A DNA stretch of 64,000 nt. It comes from Aplysia californica (lineage: Eukaryota). The DNA is taken from contig NW_004797931.1 of the NCBI RefSeq assembly GCF_000002075.1, positions 157,355 to 221,354 on the forward strand. The letters run 5' to 3'. Below the pieces are notes generated by a model. That model made no database searches, was not told the origin of the DNA, and was given only the letters and a program-made list of their open reading frames with translations. A program made the translations under genes and the position numbers. This document shows, one piece after another, positions 51,781 through 63,886 of this stretch. Within the stretch, counting starts at the first letter, position 1, and the number at the start of each line of letters is the position of its first letter.

Positions 51781-51856
<76 letters not shown>
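51781..51856. repeat. (TCTA)n microsatellite
   Basis: Perfect tetranucleotide run. Confidence 0.95.
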
Positions 51857-54189
51857 CCGGCTATAATATATTATACAATGTTATAATAATAAATAACATA
51901 TTATAAACCTTCGCTTTTGTTTGGTTTCCAATTGATTCCCAGATTGGGCGCCTTAACCCTTCAAATGCGATCATGAGACCTGAGCTAGGCCTTGGCATAT
52001 TCATGTGTTATACATTATAATGTCAAGAGGAATGTCCGCTGTAATTTATAATGTGACAGACAGACAGACAGACAGGCAGGGGGGGGGGGCTTAAACAATG
52101 TTTGGCCAGAAATTTTTAATGATGCAGTATGAAAAGCAGTAAGTGAAAAGAAGACACTACAACTTAGTAAGTACAACTACAACTATATAGTGGTCAAAGT
52201 GGCGCAGCTTATCCTCAATATATCTTTTTAACTCGTGAACCGGTGTTACCGACCCCTACTTAGCGTAGCAGTTTGTCTCAACTTAATCATTATTTCTTTC
52301 ACAATTGAGGCGAGGGGAAAAAAACCCACACCTTTTCTCCATAAAAAACCCAACAAAGTATATGAAATAATTTAATTAAAATCTCCGTCTCGCGGAAAAT
52401 AGGAATGTTGATATCACCCCGCTTCTCATGCACTTTTTGCGTAGACCTATTAGCCTGACTTACTTCACTGCTCGTCAGTAGACGCTCGTTAGCATCTGCG
52501 TTTGTCGACGCGCGAATCGCGGCCGCGATTTTTTGTATTTTTTTATCCACGATTTTTTGGGCATTTTTCAGGAAAAAAAGCTACTTCATATACCTATTAC
52601 TTATTAGACATGTATTTTGATAATTTTAAGGCATCCCTGTATAGGTTATTTTCTTGCAAAGAATATAAGTACATGACATACTAATTGCTGTGTGTCTTTT
52701 ATTTTCCTATCTTTGATGTATTCTAAATTTATGGGTGAGTTAATTTTTTTTTTTTAATTCTTATGTTTTTCTATTTTTTTCCGTTTATATAGCGTAATGT
52801 AATTTAATTTGATGCTGTTCCTACCCTTTAAAAATATATATTGTGTTATGTTAGAGCGTGTCTACACCAAAACCAAATACATGTACTCACACTGGCAGGC
52901 CCCTTGTGTGTGATTCCACAATTTACTTGTAATATCCTGTTGTTGTTTTTTTTAAATTACACATGTTTGGGGTTAAAACGGCCAATCTTCGGATAGGTGA
53001 ACACACCCTTATTTGTTAATTTTTGTGGTTGTATATGTGCTGTTCTAATTTTGGTTTCATTATGTTGTGAAACCTCTATTTTTCACGTTTTTACACTCTG
53101 TGTGGCTACAAATGATATTCTGGATGCTTAAAACAGAGCACAAGACATTCTGCAGGTGCTTTAGATTAAGTTACCTATATCAACATGTTGCTACTTACGT
53201 TGTCTCAGAGAGCTGAAAGCTTGAAAATTAATGGCAACTCTTATGGCAACTTTTGCCATTTTTGGGGGCAAGTTTTGGCAAGTTTTAGATTTTTAAAAAA
53301 TGGCAACAAACGCAGATACTAGGCCAGAGGCACATTTTACTAAATTTTAGTGGCAAAACTTAAGGCCACACATCAATGCGATCTCCTAATAAATGACAGG
53401 GGAAGTTGTTCATAATTTCTGCTTCTACTTTATAATAAGTCTGAGTAGCAGCAATATGATGGTTATAGGGGGTGCCCACATAGGCGATCGGGTCGGGAAA
53501 TTCAGTAAGAAGGAGACAAGGAGTAGCAGTAGATTAAAGCTGCAGAAAGAGTCAGGAGCCCAGAGGAGGGGGCAAAGGAGGTGAGGGGGTGGGGCCGAAA
53601 GAGGAGACAAAGCAGACGACAGAACATTGCTAGAGAGCAGGAAAGGAGGTGAAAGGAGACAATTTTAGAGAAGCAAATTTTTCGGTTCGTGCCCGGATTC
53701 GAACCCGGGACCTTTGAATGAGAGGCAAACACTTTAACCTCTAGGACACGAGAGCCCCCCAAATTGCCTGTGTATCGGCGATATTGACGAATTGCGCAAA
53801 ATCAGTTTGATATCTTATTGCACAAGTCTATTTGCTTGCACAATTTAATTGACCGTGTGTGGCGACCGTCATTTAAATTGTGCAATGATTAATCATTTTC
53901 CTTCCAGGTTTCGTACCGTCATCATGAATGGGGTGTCTGATATAGAAGAAGACATTAAAGCATTTCAATTGGAGTTTATCGAGGTTTACGAAAGTTTACT
54001 AGCCCCATAGAAAGTGAAATGTGACGATTACTGCAACAGACAAAAGAACAATGCATGGTGTATTGATTGGAAAAAAAAAGTACCAAAACTATACAAGAGA
54101 AAATGTCAAAAAGAGATAGATCAATGCCTACAGAACAAATTATCAAAGAAATTAGACACTTGCCAAACGGGGATCTAGACAGGAACAAC

Positions 54190-54670
54190 CAAACACCCCA
54201 ACTTCATACAACACTGCAAAACAAATCATCAAAAGCAACAACAAACAAGATTGGATGAACGGATGGGCCCTGGGAAAGCCAGGCAGAGCAGTTTTCAAAC
54301 ATATGACCACAACAAAAAGGAATGACAATATCAACCGCCTTCAGAGAAAGAAACAGACCACGATCTTCCGCCTACGAACAGAACATATACAGTTCAACTT
54401 CCACCTGAACAGAATAAACCCGGAACTTCCCCCAATGTGTCCCTTGTGTGACTATGCATATGAGACTGTGGAGCATCACTTGTTCCACTGCACAGCCCTA
54501 AATGACACCAGAGCTACCCTTCTCCCTCCGAGACCTAACACAGACAACACACTCTATGGAACATTACAGCAACTGCAGCAGACCTGCACTTATCACTAAC
54601 TGCATGGCATTGGACAGAAGGGCGAAAGCCCAGCTGCTGCTGGATCGATAACAACAATAACAACAACAAC
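54190..54670 (+). mobile_element. Ingi/I-group LINE 3' fragment
   Basis: IFRLRTEH...CPLCDYAYETVEHHLFHC Zn knuckle and (CAA)n tail. Confidence 0.78.
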
Positions 54671-55302
54671 GCAAGGAATTAGAGAAAGTGCATGACTCAG
54701 AAAAATCTGGTTGAGGGACGGGCCAGGTTTATGAACAAACTTTTGTGGTATTTCAATGCCCGTTTTCTGCAGCAAGAGCAACTGCCACAGCGATTGTGGG
54801 GTCGAAATCACCCATCCTGTCTCAGCGGGTATTGCGAGACCAAAATGAGCCTGGTTTGCACGATTAAATTGTCAATTATATTGAACTGTGCGTAGGCATC
54901 CTAAAAACTGTCAATTATATTGTGCAACCAGGATTGCATTTGCATCTCAACAATCCCCGATGATTTGCACTGCTATTAACATTCTTGAGTCTTTCAGGCA
55001 CACCCCCAGCTGATCTTCTGGTAGGAAAGATCTACACCTAGCCATCTCGGAACAAGGGCGAAAAAATCTTGGAGGTCCCGTGTGCACGTTAAAGACACGT
55101 TGGTGGTCTAAAATCGGAGTCGGCCACCACCCGGGCAAAATTCAAAATTTCGTACCAACTGAAAATGTTGGGTGTGTCTCGTGCGCTCATATGCCCTTAT
55201 GCCGTTGTGAACGCCGAAAAATACTTACCCCCCCCCCCCAAAAATGAAGATAATTCTTGAGTGCGTTGTTACGTGCACATGAAATTGAGCAGTTTTGGTT
55301 CC

Positions 55303-55700
55303 GAGAAACAACGCGGACGCTGGCTTGGTCTTTAGATCTGCTCTAGGCTATAAAGCAAAAGTATACATATTTTTAAACATTTCCCATGAATAATGTGGCC
55401 TAGGCCTGTTATAAAACAGAGATATAATTATGATTAAATTCATTTTCTTGACGTTTAAAAAAAAAATCCAGTACGTAGCCTATATATATAGGCCCACGAC
55501 ACAATAAGCTTGGTTCGTTGAGAAACAACGCGGACGTTACGTTGGCTTTGTCTTTAGATCTGCTCTAGGCTATAAAGCAAAAGTATACATATTTTTTAAA
55601 CATTTCACATGAATAATGTGGCCTAGCCCTGTTATAAAACAGAGATATAATTATGATTAAATTCTTTTTCTTGACGTTAAAAAAAATACAAATTCCAGTA
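55303..55700. repeat. Direct duplication (~170-bp unit, ~217-bp period) upstream of LIN9
   Basis: 55303-55473 is nearly identical to 55520-55700. Confidence 0.88.
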
Positions 55701-55777
55701 TGTATATTCCAGGCCTTGGCTGGGCTATCTTTGGGAGTGAATGATGTTTTCGGCACAGGCCAGCGGCCAGGCTACTT

Positions 55778-55823
55778 TGTCACGTGACATAATCTTTTGA
55801 AAAAGAGGCGCGTCAAAATGGCG
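55778..55823 (+). promoter_or_regulatory. LIN9 core promoter: E-box/CLEAR palindrome, CHR-like TTTGAA, E2F-like and YY1-like motifs
   Basis: TGTCACGTGACA at 55778-89, TTTGAA at 55796-801, GGCGCGTCAAAA at 55807-18, AAAATGGCG over the ATG. Confidence 0.5.
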
Positions 55824-55842
55824 TCCGAGGAGTCTGTGGCAA
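55818..55842 (+). CDS. LIN9: LIN9 exon 1 (MASEESVA)
   Basis: AAAATGGCG start context; donor A|GTGAGT; phase 1 fits exon 2. Confidence 0.8.
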
Positions 55843-58800
55843 GTGAGTGACGATACGAACTTTAGAAATCGGTTTTGTTAGAAGTACAGAACTATCTGGC
55901 TATGTTGTTATAGATTTTTACGACCATTTGGCCTTTTTAGGAAGAGTTGGATTCATGTCCATCCCTTCTTCATATTTTTGCCTGTAATTTATATTGAATG
56001 TTACAAACGAGTGGAATATTGTCAGCAGTCGCCGATTTATTTCGTGTGTGGCAGTGTGGCTGAGTGTGGGTACCTCAGCCTCAGGCTCAGGCACTCACAA
56101 CCCGTTAAAAAACACTCTTGACTTTGGTTACTGTAGATCCAAAATCTAGGTCTACGGCCCAAATGCTAGATCCAACTCATTCTTGTAAAAAAATCTTTTC
56201 TGTCTCTTCTTTACTTTAGAAATGTTAGTAAAACTGTTTGTCTGCTGCCCTGTTGTTAGTTGATGATTAGAGGGTAGATCTAGAATCTAGATCTAGATAT
56301 AGATATAGATATAGATCTAGATCTAGATCTAGATCTAGAAATCTAGATCTAGAAATCTAGATCTAGAATCTAGATCTAATTAGATCTAGGATTTTGGGAT
56401 GAATTTATACTTTTTTGAGGACTTCTGTAACGAGCGACCACCCCAACAAACACAAATGAATAAAGAAGACATAAAAAAGAAGCTGCTGCTAGAATAGAGA
56501 TTCTAGCACCTCTAGATCTAGATTCTAGATCTAAAAATCTAGATCTAGATTTTCTAGATCTAGCTCTCCTCTGTGATTGGCCCAAATATAGAGGCCTAGA
56601 TGTCTAGATCTAGATCTAGATCTAGAATCGAGATTGAGATCAGACGATGTATTTCCGCTATCTATTTTTGTCGTCTTCGGGGCTTTTCTTGCCAGTTGCT
56701 TTGCCACGCTTGCGATGGGCTTCGTCACTGGATCTAGGTTTCATCGCCGACTGCTCGGCTGTGTGCACGTGTGTATGTGTTCATGTGTGTGCTAGATCTA
56801 GTGCTGGGCAGTACCGGCAAAACCCGGTGTCGCCACTTAGTGCCGAGTATTGCCGGTGCCAGTACGTACTGGTACTGGGAGTGGCATCAGGAGGTGACGT
56901 CACAGACTGCGTCTCGTGTCTCACACTCTCACCACGACCAGCGCCGCCCGCACCCCCTTCCCCACACACACACACCACACACACACGTCAGAATTGGAAA
57001 GTAGGCAAATTGACGCAAAATACCTTTGAAGTTAACCGCTGCTGATGGCTGATTCATAATGTCATGCTCATTATAACTGTGCCTGATCTACAACAAGGAA
57101 CTGCTGCTTTTTCTTTCCTAATTAATCCTTACTATTGTCATTTTCCTCTTCTTCTTTTTTTGTATGTTTTTCACACTCACTCTTTTGACCCGTTATTTCC
57201 GGGGTGCCTTGATAGTCAAAGCAGACCTTGTGCTGTTGAAGCTAGAGAGGTGAGCAGAGTAAAAAGGATTCCCTGTAAAGACTTCTCTGTTGACACTCAC
57301 CCCTTGGTGCTCATATGACCATGTGCAGTTGCGAGTGCCGTAAAACCTACTTTAAAACAAAAAAAAAGCCCACGCCCCTGACTAACTCTGCCCAGATTGG
57401 ATTGTCCAACAGATTGGCATTGATGATCATGGAGGCCATGGGGAAAGGGATTACCCTCCTATTATATTAAACGAAGTGTATACAGACCCGGTAAACGGGA
57501 ACAAAGTCACGAAGTATACAGACCCGGTAGGGGAACTCTTTTGTGAGGTCGGAAAGTTTCNNNNNNNNNNNNNNNNNNNNNNNNNNNNNNNNNNNNNNNN
57601 NNNNNNNNNNNNNNNNNNNNNNNNNNNNNNNNNNNNNNNNNNNNNNNNNNNNNNNNNNNNNNNNNNNNNNNNNNNNNNNNNNNNNNNNNNNNNNNNNNNN
57701 NNNNNNNNCATGCCCCAGGTAACATGAGGGAACGAGAAAAATATAGGTGGGGAGAAAGAAAGACAGAGACAAACAAAGAAAAAGAGAATGCGAGCGATAC
57801 AGAGAGAGAGAGAGAGAGAGTAGAGAGAGAGACTGCTCGATTGAAATTATGACACTGTTCTTTTCTTCAAATTGTGATTCCTCCAAGTCCAAAAAACGGA
57901 GGAAAAACGATCGTTCATCGAAAAGACATCCGCAATCTTCATTTAGGTCTAGAGATCTAGATCTAGATCTAGATATCTAGATCTAGTGATCTAGGCTAAC
58001 CTCGAAACTAGATCAATGATTTATGTCTGTCTATCTAGACCTAGGCCATAGATCTAGATCTAGAAGAACCTAGGTCTAGGTCTAACCTGAGCCAAGAGGG
58101 CGCTGAAACTTTCCGAATTCACAAAAGAGTTCCCCTACCGGGTCTGTATACTTCGTGACTTAGTTCCCGGTTACCGGGTCTGTATACACTCCCTATATTA
58201 AAAGGAGGCAATGTCAATGGTGCCCATTGGAGAATCTCGGTTTTGTTTGGTTCGATTTCTTTTTCCCTAAATAATTTCTCCTGACTCTTCTGCTCCTGTA
58301 GCTTGACTCTTGACCAGTTAATAACTCTGTAAGCTCAAATTCTTGACATAATTAGTATCATATACAAAAAGTGGTCTGATGTTAATTGTTTTTCTTGCTC
58401 TGTGGACAATTGCAAGTAGTCTCATAAATCCTTAGATAAACAATATGAAATGAGAATTGGTGATTTTTCCTCTTTGTAGAACATTTTCTCGTGGGTGGTT
58501 GGTGGGTGCTCTGGTATTCTTCGGCACTTATGACCTTTTTGTGTTGCAAGTGCTGAAAAACTCTTATAATTATGATATAACTAAACTAAAAGATAATTTT
58601 TCTTTACTTCCTCCTTGTGGGTGATTGGCTGATGCTCTGGTGTACTACATATCTCGCCTTCTTTTCTTTTTATGATTAGTTTCTTTTCCAACCTCTAGGT
58701 GATTTAGGATACTTAACTTTATCTGAAAGTTCAGAAAGAGTTATACACTTAAGCAGTATTATTTTTTTCTGTGTTGACAAATTGGAAAGTGTTTTTGCCC

Positions 58801-60180
58801 TTTCCCTGTATTGACATTGATTCTAACGAGGATGATGAATGATGCAAAATTACTAAGGTAACTAACTCTTTGTTGATTTGTTGAACTTTTTGCGCAGGTT
58901 CTGCTCAAGCATTGGTCAGTCTCAAAGAAGGTAAGGATTATTATTGTTTCCTGAAGTTTGAATATGGGTGGTGGGATGGGTAGTAAAGGGGGTATTAAAA
59001 AATAGTATTATATATATATCAGATGTAAGTGTTACAACTTTTATTTTTACAGTAATCGGAGGTGCAAAATGTAGAGTGGCCCTATTAACTATTAACCCTT
59101 CCAGCGCCAGCCATTTTTGTGCACTCCCTAACCCCAGTCCCAGCCAATACAGCAGTATTTCAGAAAAAGAGACATGCATTCATGAAAATGATGTACCGGT
59201 AGTGTCTTTGCAATGAGGTTTAGATAATAACATGTAATCTTCAAAGGTAATTGAACAATTATTATGAAGATTAAAGTTTAAGAGGGTTGGCTTATTTCGA
59301 AAAATGCGAAAATTCGGTAGCCCCCGAAACTGAGAATATACGCTTTTGGGACGGTGAGAACCTGTACAAGCGCTGCTGAAAATATATGCGCATGGGGCTG
59401 GATGGGATAAAGGATTAATCTTGATCATTATTATCTTCGTTTCATTGTGTCTGATCATGGTTGAATGTTCTAATATAAATTTTTATTGACCACGCTTCAG
59501 GGTTTCTGGGAAGATTTTTTTTGTTTTTTTGTTTTGTAAAGTGTTTTACGGCGCTCGCAACTGCATAAGGTCATATGAGCGCGTGGGACACACCTAATAT
59601 TTTCAGTTGGTAGGAAATTTTGAATTTTGCTCGGGTGGCGGCCGAAGCCTACTCTTATCGATTTTAGACCACCGAGGGATCTTTAACGTGCGCAACTTGC
59701 ACACGGGCCCTCCGAGATTTTTCGCCCTTGTCCGAGAAGGCTAGGTGTAGATCTTTCCTACCAGAAGATCAGGGGTGTGGCAGAAAGACAGCAGTAAGGA
59801 GGAGCCAAGGAGTAACAGTAGAAAGGCTGCAGAAAGAGTCAGGAGCCCAGAGGAGGGAACAAAGGAGGTGAGGGGGTGGGGGGCAGAAAGTGGAAATGAA
59901 AGCAGACAACAGAACATTGCTAGAGAGCAGGAAAGGAGACAATTTTAGAGAAGAAAATTTTTTGGTCGCTACCCGGATTCGAACTCGGGACCTTTGAATG
60001 AGAGGCCAACACCTTAACCTCTAGGCCACGAGAGCCCCCTGAAGATTTTTATGGTGTTTGATAAGTATGTGAATTAAAAACAAGTGGTATGTTGTCTACT
60101 TGTCCGCAAAGGTTTACAAGTCTTGTATCTTTACTCATGCACACGCATGCACACACACAAACGCACACACACACACAAAT

Positions 60181-60217
<37 letters not shown>

Positions 60218-63200
60218 ACATAAACACACACACAAGCACAAAAGAATACACACCTGCCTGCTCAGCTCCTTTCTTCAGTCTCTTTATTATACTGATATTT
60301 CTTCTCGTTTTCTTTCAGGGTTGGGTTCACCACAGAGAATTGGGCATTACGTAAGTAGTAATGTAATTTTCTTGTTAGCACCCTTAATCTTTCTATGAGC
60401 TGGAGTCTTTGACATAACTCTTGAAATCTCGTAAATTTCAGATTATTGAAATGCTTGTTGTGCTTTCCTGTTTATTCTGAAAATTATGAACAGCTGTAGA
60501 GTAATGGTTAAGCTTTTCACTGGACACATAAGTTTGAATCTGGTACGGGAAGTATTTAATTGTGTCTTCTTTTTTATGCAGGGACCATTGCTCTGATGTA
60601 ATGTGGGAAGTATTTATTCATTGTAAAGTGTCTCCCCCTTTATGCAATGCAGCTGATGTGTGTTTCTAGTTTTGATCCTGTACCAAAGTATATCCTGTTT
60701 GTGTATATTCTGAACTGCATGTGTACAAATAAGAATAAGGTTTTTAAAAAAGGATTTCAAAGTTACAATTCCTGCCTTCCACCATTTATATTTTGTAAAG
60801 ACTTGAATCTATTGTGTTTTGCCTTACAGCCAAGCAGAATCAGGAAAAAGAATGCTAGGTTTTTCAATGATGATGAAGAAACTGATTACCAAGTGTCAAG
60901 GACTCCCAAAAGAAGAGCTGTTCAGCCTCCAGCAGTAAGTGGTTCAGATAGTGTTGTGCACATCTTGCCTTGAAGATAAACATTTGGGTAATGCACAGAT
61001 TCAAATAATATTCTGTAGTACTCGGAGACTTTTCCATTGCTAAAACATTAACACTTAAGTTTATTTAGGCCAACATAAGGTGTGTCTCGGCTCAGTTCAA
61101 GGACAATTCCTGTTGTAAGCAAGGCACTGATTCTGTGCCCTGTGGAGTTGTCTTGAGGTGTATGAAGTCAGTGTTGTGCTGAGGGCATCTTTTGTTGCTA
61201 TCCAATTCATAACTCGTATGTAGGGCTGGATGTATAGAGCACTCAAATGTAAAAAAAATTGATGCTTTACTGATGGGATGGCCTGATTGGAGGATGCTAT
61301 TGATAGGTCCTACCCTTCTTTTCTTTCCTACTTTTGTCTCTTTTTATCTGTCTACTCATCCTTTCTCTAAATGATGGTTATTTTGACAATGTGCTTCTCT
61401 TTACTCAAAGAAACAAGTAAATGTCAACAAAACCATTGTTCATTCTCTGTCAGCCTGCCCCAGTTAGACCAGCCCCAGTGTCTGCAGGGTTGGACAAAAG
61501 AGCTGCTCAAGCCACAGGGATGCGACTGAGGAATCTGCTCAAGTTGCCTAAAGCTCACAAATGGGTGTGCTATGAATGGTTCTACTCCAACATTGATGCG
61601 TGAGTGAAATGTGTCGTAAACTTTCAGATATTTATCCTTTGTTGTTCTTGTTTGTCCTGGCTTCACCTGTTTTCTATGTGAGGGTTTCTTAGTCTAGTAG
61701 TTAGGTGTCGAAATACCTTGGTTTGGTTTTCAACTAATGGAGAAAATTTTGCGTTGTTATTCTTTTTATAGTTCTTTATTTCACTTAGCTGGAAACTGGT
61801 GTGCTTGGCCTTTGTCAGTTTGTTAGTGTTTGAGCGCTTAACCAGCTGCTTGTACTGCATTCTTCGCGGGAAGCTGAGAATGTTTCTGATTGTTCTGTGG
61901 TCTACTGGGGTAATAATATAGTGCAAAGCGCACAGAGCTTGCTTTCGAGTGGGGACATGTGCTATACAACTGCTATTTATTATTATTTTTGGTAGAGACA
62001 GACTGAGACAAAAGAACTGATTTGAAAAACTTCCCCTGCAAGCCTTCAATCTGAAAGGATTAATGATTATATACTACAGCTTATGTTGTTTGTGAGGAGT
62101 GTATCAATAGGTAGGACTTTTTGAACAGTGTTTCAGTCTTATTTTTTTAATCCACAGGGCTTATAATTTTATTATAGAATGGTGTTGTGAGCTTTGTTAG
62201 TTCTTCTTTTCTAATTGACTGTGAGTCTGAATTGTTTAAGAGAGCGCAAGATTTGTTAACAGCCCCGTTCTCATATGTATTGTGAGTAGTATTGAGAATT
62301 GTTGAAGTCTGATTTGGATAAGTGGATAGTTGGAATGTGCCCTTGGTAGATTGTGCTTTTTTCATTTCCTTCTGAATTGAATGACTATTATTGATTCGAT
62401 GTCCTTCTCTTTACTCAAACCAACCAAAGCACCTTAAAGACTGGATAAGATATTTGAAGAAGGAAAAGCTTCTGTAGCTGGGAATGGGCTTATTTACCCA
62501 CAGGAAAGAATAAAGAGGTAGTCCAGTAGGTTCACTGCTCTTGCTATGACTGGTTCTTATTTGTGTCCACAGCCCACTGTTCCTTGGAGAAAATGATTTT
62601 TGCATTTGTCTAAGAGAATCATTCCCCCAGCTCAAGTGTAAAAAGCTTAGGCGAGTGGAGTGGAACAAGATACGCAGACTTATGGGAAAACCAAGAAGGT
62701 GGGTACATGTGTAGTTCTGTAAAAGTATAAATGTGCAGAAGTTAAATGTTGATTAGGAAGAAAAGTGCCTTTGCATAACTGTTCTATATTAGGCAAATCT
62801 GCGTGTTCTGAATTCTAACCCTTTGAACCCTCTGTACCGAAATTTGTTATGAACGCAACACGGCAGATACCCTGGAGTACAGAAATATCGGCATGACACA
62901 CACGCACCTAAATTGATGTGTGTTTACAGAAAAAGAAAAATATGAAACAGCATCATCAATATACACCAGCATATTGATATTACAAAAAAACCCAATGAGA
63001 TAAATAGATAAGATCAACACTTAAATGAGCTGTAGAAAAGTATCAAAGGGTTAATGTTGGTGTATGGTTTTTTAAAAGAAAATATTGTGTTGATTAGTGG
63101 GCAAATTAGGTTCAACTTTTTATGCCTGTGTTATTTATTTTTCAGATGTTCTCCAGCGTTTTTAGCAGAAGAGAGAGCAGTGCTGGAGGAGAGAAGGGAA

Positions 63201-63886
63201 AAGATAAGGCAGCTTCAGCAACGAAAAACTACAGAATTTAATTCCATCAAAGAGCTTCCAAATGAAATTCCATTGCACCTTGTCATTGGCACAAAGGTCA
63301 CAGGTAAGAATACATTTGCGATACTGTTTTGATGAGTTCTTGATGATTGAAATTTAAAAAAAAATCCTTTTCTTTCAATGGTGTTTGAACCAAACACACC
63401 CCTCTGGTTGATTTAGTGATTCCGTCTGCTACACGTACCTATTGTTTCCTTGAAAACTGGCCAGTCTACTTCTTGGCTTAGTAGCGGGTGTGGTTTGCTT
63501 AGATTTTGTCTCTGTTCGGTATTTTGTCTAAGTCTGTGGTGAGATGTGTTTTTTTTTGCGTCGTCTCTGTAAGCTGCTTAGCTAGAACAAGGTCTCCACA
63601 TCATGGCCTGGTAATTGTGTGACTTCTGATCACCATTTTTTCTATAAGAATGAAATAAAAGCGTTGAATGGGTGTCTTGTTCTCCAGAAATGGCTGATTG
63701 AAACAACGGTTCAGAATTTTGTAATGCTACTCTTTTTAAAATGCCTTTTCAGCGAGATTACGCAAGCCTCAAGACGGGTTGTTTACAGGCACAATAGCTG
63801 CTCTGGATACGGCTGATAACTCCTACAGAGTGGACTTTGACCGCCCTGGGCTGGGAACACACTCAATACCAGACTATGAAGTTTTG
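55818..63886 (+). CDS. LIN9: LIN9 (MuvB/DREAM complex subunit), 5' partial; join(55818..55842, 58898..58930, 60319..60350, 60830..60934, 61454..61599, 62573..62698, 63146..63303, 63753..63886), continues beyond window
   Basis: Spliced translation includes SSAQALVSLKEG, RLRNLLKLPKAHKWVCYEWFYSNID, RVEWNKIRRLMGKPRRCSPAFLAEER (DIRP domain) and PLHLVIGTKVTARLR...GLGTHSIPDYEVL (Tudor), all recognisable LIN9 motifs. All junctions are GT-AG and in phase. Confidence 0.95.
56275..56630. repeat. (AGATCT)n palindromic hexamer arrays in LIN9 intron 1
   Basis: Dense TAGATC runs at 56275-56390 and 56510-56630. Confidence 0.9.
57472..58193. mobile_element. MULE/Mutator-type MITE in LIN9 intron 1
   Basis: ~88-bp TIRs (AGTGTATACAGACCCGGTAA...), 9-bp TSD TATATTAAA; contains an assembly gap. 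Confidence 0.82.
58898..58930 (+). CDS. LIN9: LIN9 exon 2 (SSAQALVSLKE)
   Basis: ACTAAC branch point, GCGCAG| acceptor, AG|GTAAGG donor; conserved ALVSLKEG motif. Confidence 0.88.
59520..60039 (-). mobile_element. tRNA-derived SINE, full length (Meta-domain-like body)
   Basis: A box TGGCCTAGAGG, B box GTTCGAATCC, body ...GGCCCGTGTG...GCACGTTAAAGATCCC; other copies at 10690-11475, 53485-53760 and 55008-55225. Confidence 0.85.
60319..60350 (+). CDS. LIN9: LIN9 exon 3 (GLGSPQRIGHY)
   Basis: TTTCTTTCAG| acceptor, |GTAAGT donor; converts phase 1 to 0 as needed for exon 4. Confidence 0.75.
60830..60934 (+). CDS. LIN9: LIN9 exon 4
   Basis: PSRIRKKNARFFNDDEE...RTPKR; TTACAG| and |GTAAGT; 105 nt. 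Confidence 0.85.
61454..61599 (+). CDS. LIN9: LIN9 exon 5
   Basis: RLRNLLKLPKAHKWVCYEWFYSNID; TGTCAG| and GC|GTGAGT. Confidence 0.95.
62573..62698 (+). CDS. LIN9: LIN9 exon 6 (DIRP domain)
   Basis: PLFLGENDFCICLRESFP...RRLMGKPR; CCACAG| and AG|GTGGGT. Confidence 0.95.
62819..63050. mobile_element. piggyBac-type MITE in LIN9 intron 6
   Basis: CTAA|CCCTTTGA...TCAAAGGG|TTAA. Confidence 0.65.
63146..63303 (+). CDS. LIN9: LIN9 exon 7
   Basis: CSPAFLAEER...IPLHLVIGTKVT; TTTCAG| and G|GTAAGA. Confidence 0.95.
63753..63886 (+). CDS. LIN9: LIN9 exon 8 (Tudor-like)
   Basis: ARLRKPQDGLFTG...GLGTHSIPDYEVL; TTTCAG| and |GTGAGT. Confidence 0.95.

Larger units (their letters stand above)
50004..53322. 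mobile_element. Long-TIR (~0.8 kb arms) foldback element
   Basis: 50004-50840 is a diverged inverted copy of 52505-53322; CTAG at both ends; AATCGCGGCCGCGATT palindromes at the inner arm ends; a related fragment lies at 42375-42610. Confidence 0.75.

Noticed and set aside
59960-60039. tRNA-like sequences with A/B boxes (also 7720-7796, 53685-53760, 5800-5866)
   Set aside because: They are SINE heads continuous with repeat bodies; no proper acceptor stem or terminator.
60581-60600. Possible LIN9 micro-exon (ATGCAG|GGACCATTGCTCTGA) and a similar acceptor at 62157
   Set aside because: Weak donors, not needed for frame, no supporting homology.
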